NCBI GenBank assembly: GCA_965213685.1
Contig: CBDBZY010000038.1
Coordinates: forward strand, 51,279-115,278
Length of the DNA stretch: 64,000 nucleotides
Source of the DNA: a bacterium
GTDB lineage: Bacteria; UBA8248
Reading direction: 5' to 3'
Shown here piece after piece: positions 63,024 to 64,000 of the stretch. A program made the translations under genes and the position numbers. The notes beneath the pieces are model-generated. The model worked only from the letters and a program-made list of their open reading frames with translations. It did no database searches and was not told where the DNA came from. The number at the start of each line of letters is the position of its first letter. The first letter of the stretch is position 1.

Positions 63024-64000
63024 ATGGGCCCCACCGCTCCACAGCCCCCGTCGTTGCGGCGGGTCGTCTCGCGCTGGCAGATCGTCGCGCTGAGCCTGAA
63101 CGACGTGATCGGCAGCGGCGTCTACCTGCTGCCGGCCGCGGCAGCGGCCGTGCTCGGCCCGGGCAGCCTCGGGGCGGTGCTCGTCGCCGGCCTCGCCGTC
63201 TCGCTGCTCGTGCTCTGCTTTGCGGAGGCCGCGAGTCATTTCGAGGAGCCGGGTGGGGCGTATCTCTACGCGCGCGCGGCCTTCGGAGAGCTGGTCGGTT
63301 TCGAGGTCGGCTGGATGACCTGGCTGGCTCGTGTCTCCTCGGTGGCTTCGCTCTCGGTCGGCTTCGCGCAGGCCCTGGGCTTTCTCCTGCCGTCCGTGGA
63401 AAGCGGCCTGCCGCGTGCCCTGGCCATCGGCGTGCCCCTCGTCCTGCTCACCGCGCTCAACGTCGTCGGAGTCCGCGCGGGGGTCGGCTCGGCCGTCGCG
63501 CTTGTCGTTGCCAAATCGGTACCGTTGCTCCTGTTCGTCGCCGCTGGCCTGTTCGCCGCGCGGTGGGACACGGTGCTCGCGCAGCCGGAGGGCGAGGGCG
63601 GCATCGGCGCCGCCGCGCTGCTCCTGCTATTTGCCTATGCCGGCTTCGAGAACACGTCGGCTCCCGCCGGGGAGTACCGCAACCCTCGACGAGACGTGCC
63701 GCTGGCGCTGGTGGCCAACGTGACGCTGGTGACGACGCTCTACGTGGCGGTGCAGTACGTGGCGCTGGGGACGCTGCCCGAGCTGGGCCGTTCGAGCACT
63801 CCGCTGGCCGACGCGTCCGTGATCTTCCTCGGCTCCTGGGCCGGCGGTCTGTTGACCATCGGGGCCGCCGTCTCGATCCTGGGTACGAACAGCAACACCG
63901 TGCTAGCCGGTCCGCGGTACCTCTACGCGCTGGCGCGCGACGGCTTCGGCCCGGCATGGCTGGCTCGCGTGCACCCACGCTACCGCACGCCCGCGGCGGC
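63024..64000 (+). CDS. APC-family amino acid permease, 3'-truncated by window edge
   Basis: Manual translation from ATG 63024: LRRVVSRWQIVALSLNDVIGSGVYLLP...FAEAAS.F..PGGAYLYAR.AFG...FAYAGFE...E..NP.RD.P. Confidence 0.9.
   Translation, partial: MGPTAPQPPSLRRVVSRWQIVALSLNDVIGSGVYLLPAAAAAVLGPGSLGAVLVAGLAVSLLVLCFAEAASHFEEPGGAYLYARAAFGELVGFEVGWMTWLARVSSVASLSVGFAQALGFLLPSVESGLPRALAIGVPLVLLTALNVVGVRAGVGSAVALVVAKSVPLLLFVAAGLFAARWDTVLAQPEGEGGIGAAALLLLFAYAGFENTSAPAGEYRNPRRDVPLALVANVTLVTTLYVAVQYVALGTLPELGRSSTPLADASVIFLGSWAGGLLTIGAAVSILGTNSNTVLAGPRYLYALARDGFGPAWLARVHPRYRTPAA

Overview
High-GC bacterial DNA with the indel pattern typical of an unpolished long-read assembly: many essential genes carry frameshifts, mostly at homopolymers. 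Positions 1-9.3 kb are an accessory metabolic block: partial TPP-dependent dehydrogenase E1 alpha, RibD-like reductase, MBL hydrolase, VOC protein, di-heme cytochrome c peroxidase, cupin, class III CoA-transferase and a Tau/Ssu-type ABC transporter. Positions 9.4-58.27 kb are minus-strand core genome, listed in transcription order: rpmE-prfA-prmC-murA-hisG-hisD-hisB-hisH-hisA-hisF-hisIE, a promoter-driven 6S-like structured RNA candidate, mutS2-dnaG-rpoD-tRNA(CAT)-Zn ribbon-rnhA-rnpB, ilvA-purH-folC-folP-TSUP-panE-panB, the dcw cluster (mraZ to ftsZ, no ddl), pgeF-yggS-proC-yggT-divIVA, mtnA and tRNA-Asp. This gene order resembles Desulfobacterota/Nitrospinota/Nitrospirota-type diderms (inference). 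At about 58,270 rpmE and an unrelated + strand ORF are both cut at the same point. The last 5.7 kb (AIM24 protein, outer-membrane barrel, secreted Asp-box protein, APC permease) looks like a different contig or organism. The best leads are the unannotated ~200-230 nt rod-shaped RNA between hisIE and mutS2, the Cys-containing C-terminal module of the Asp-box protein next to a beta-barrel, and a long charged C-terminal extension on L31. No CRISPR array, transposase or integrase was seen.
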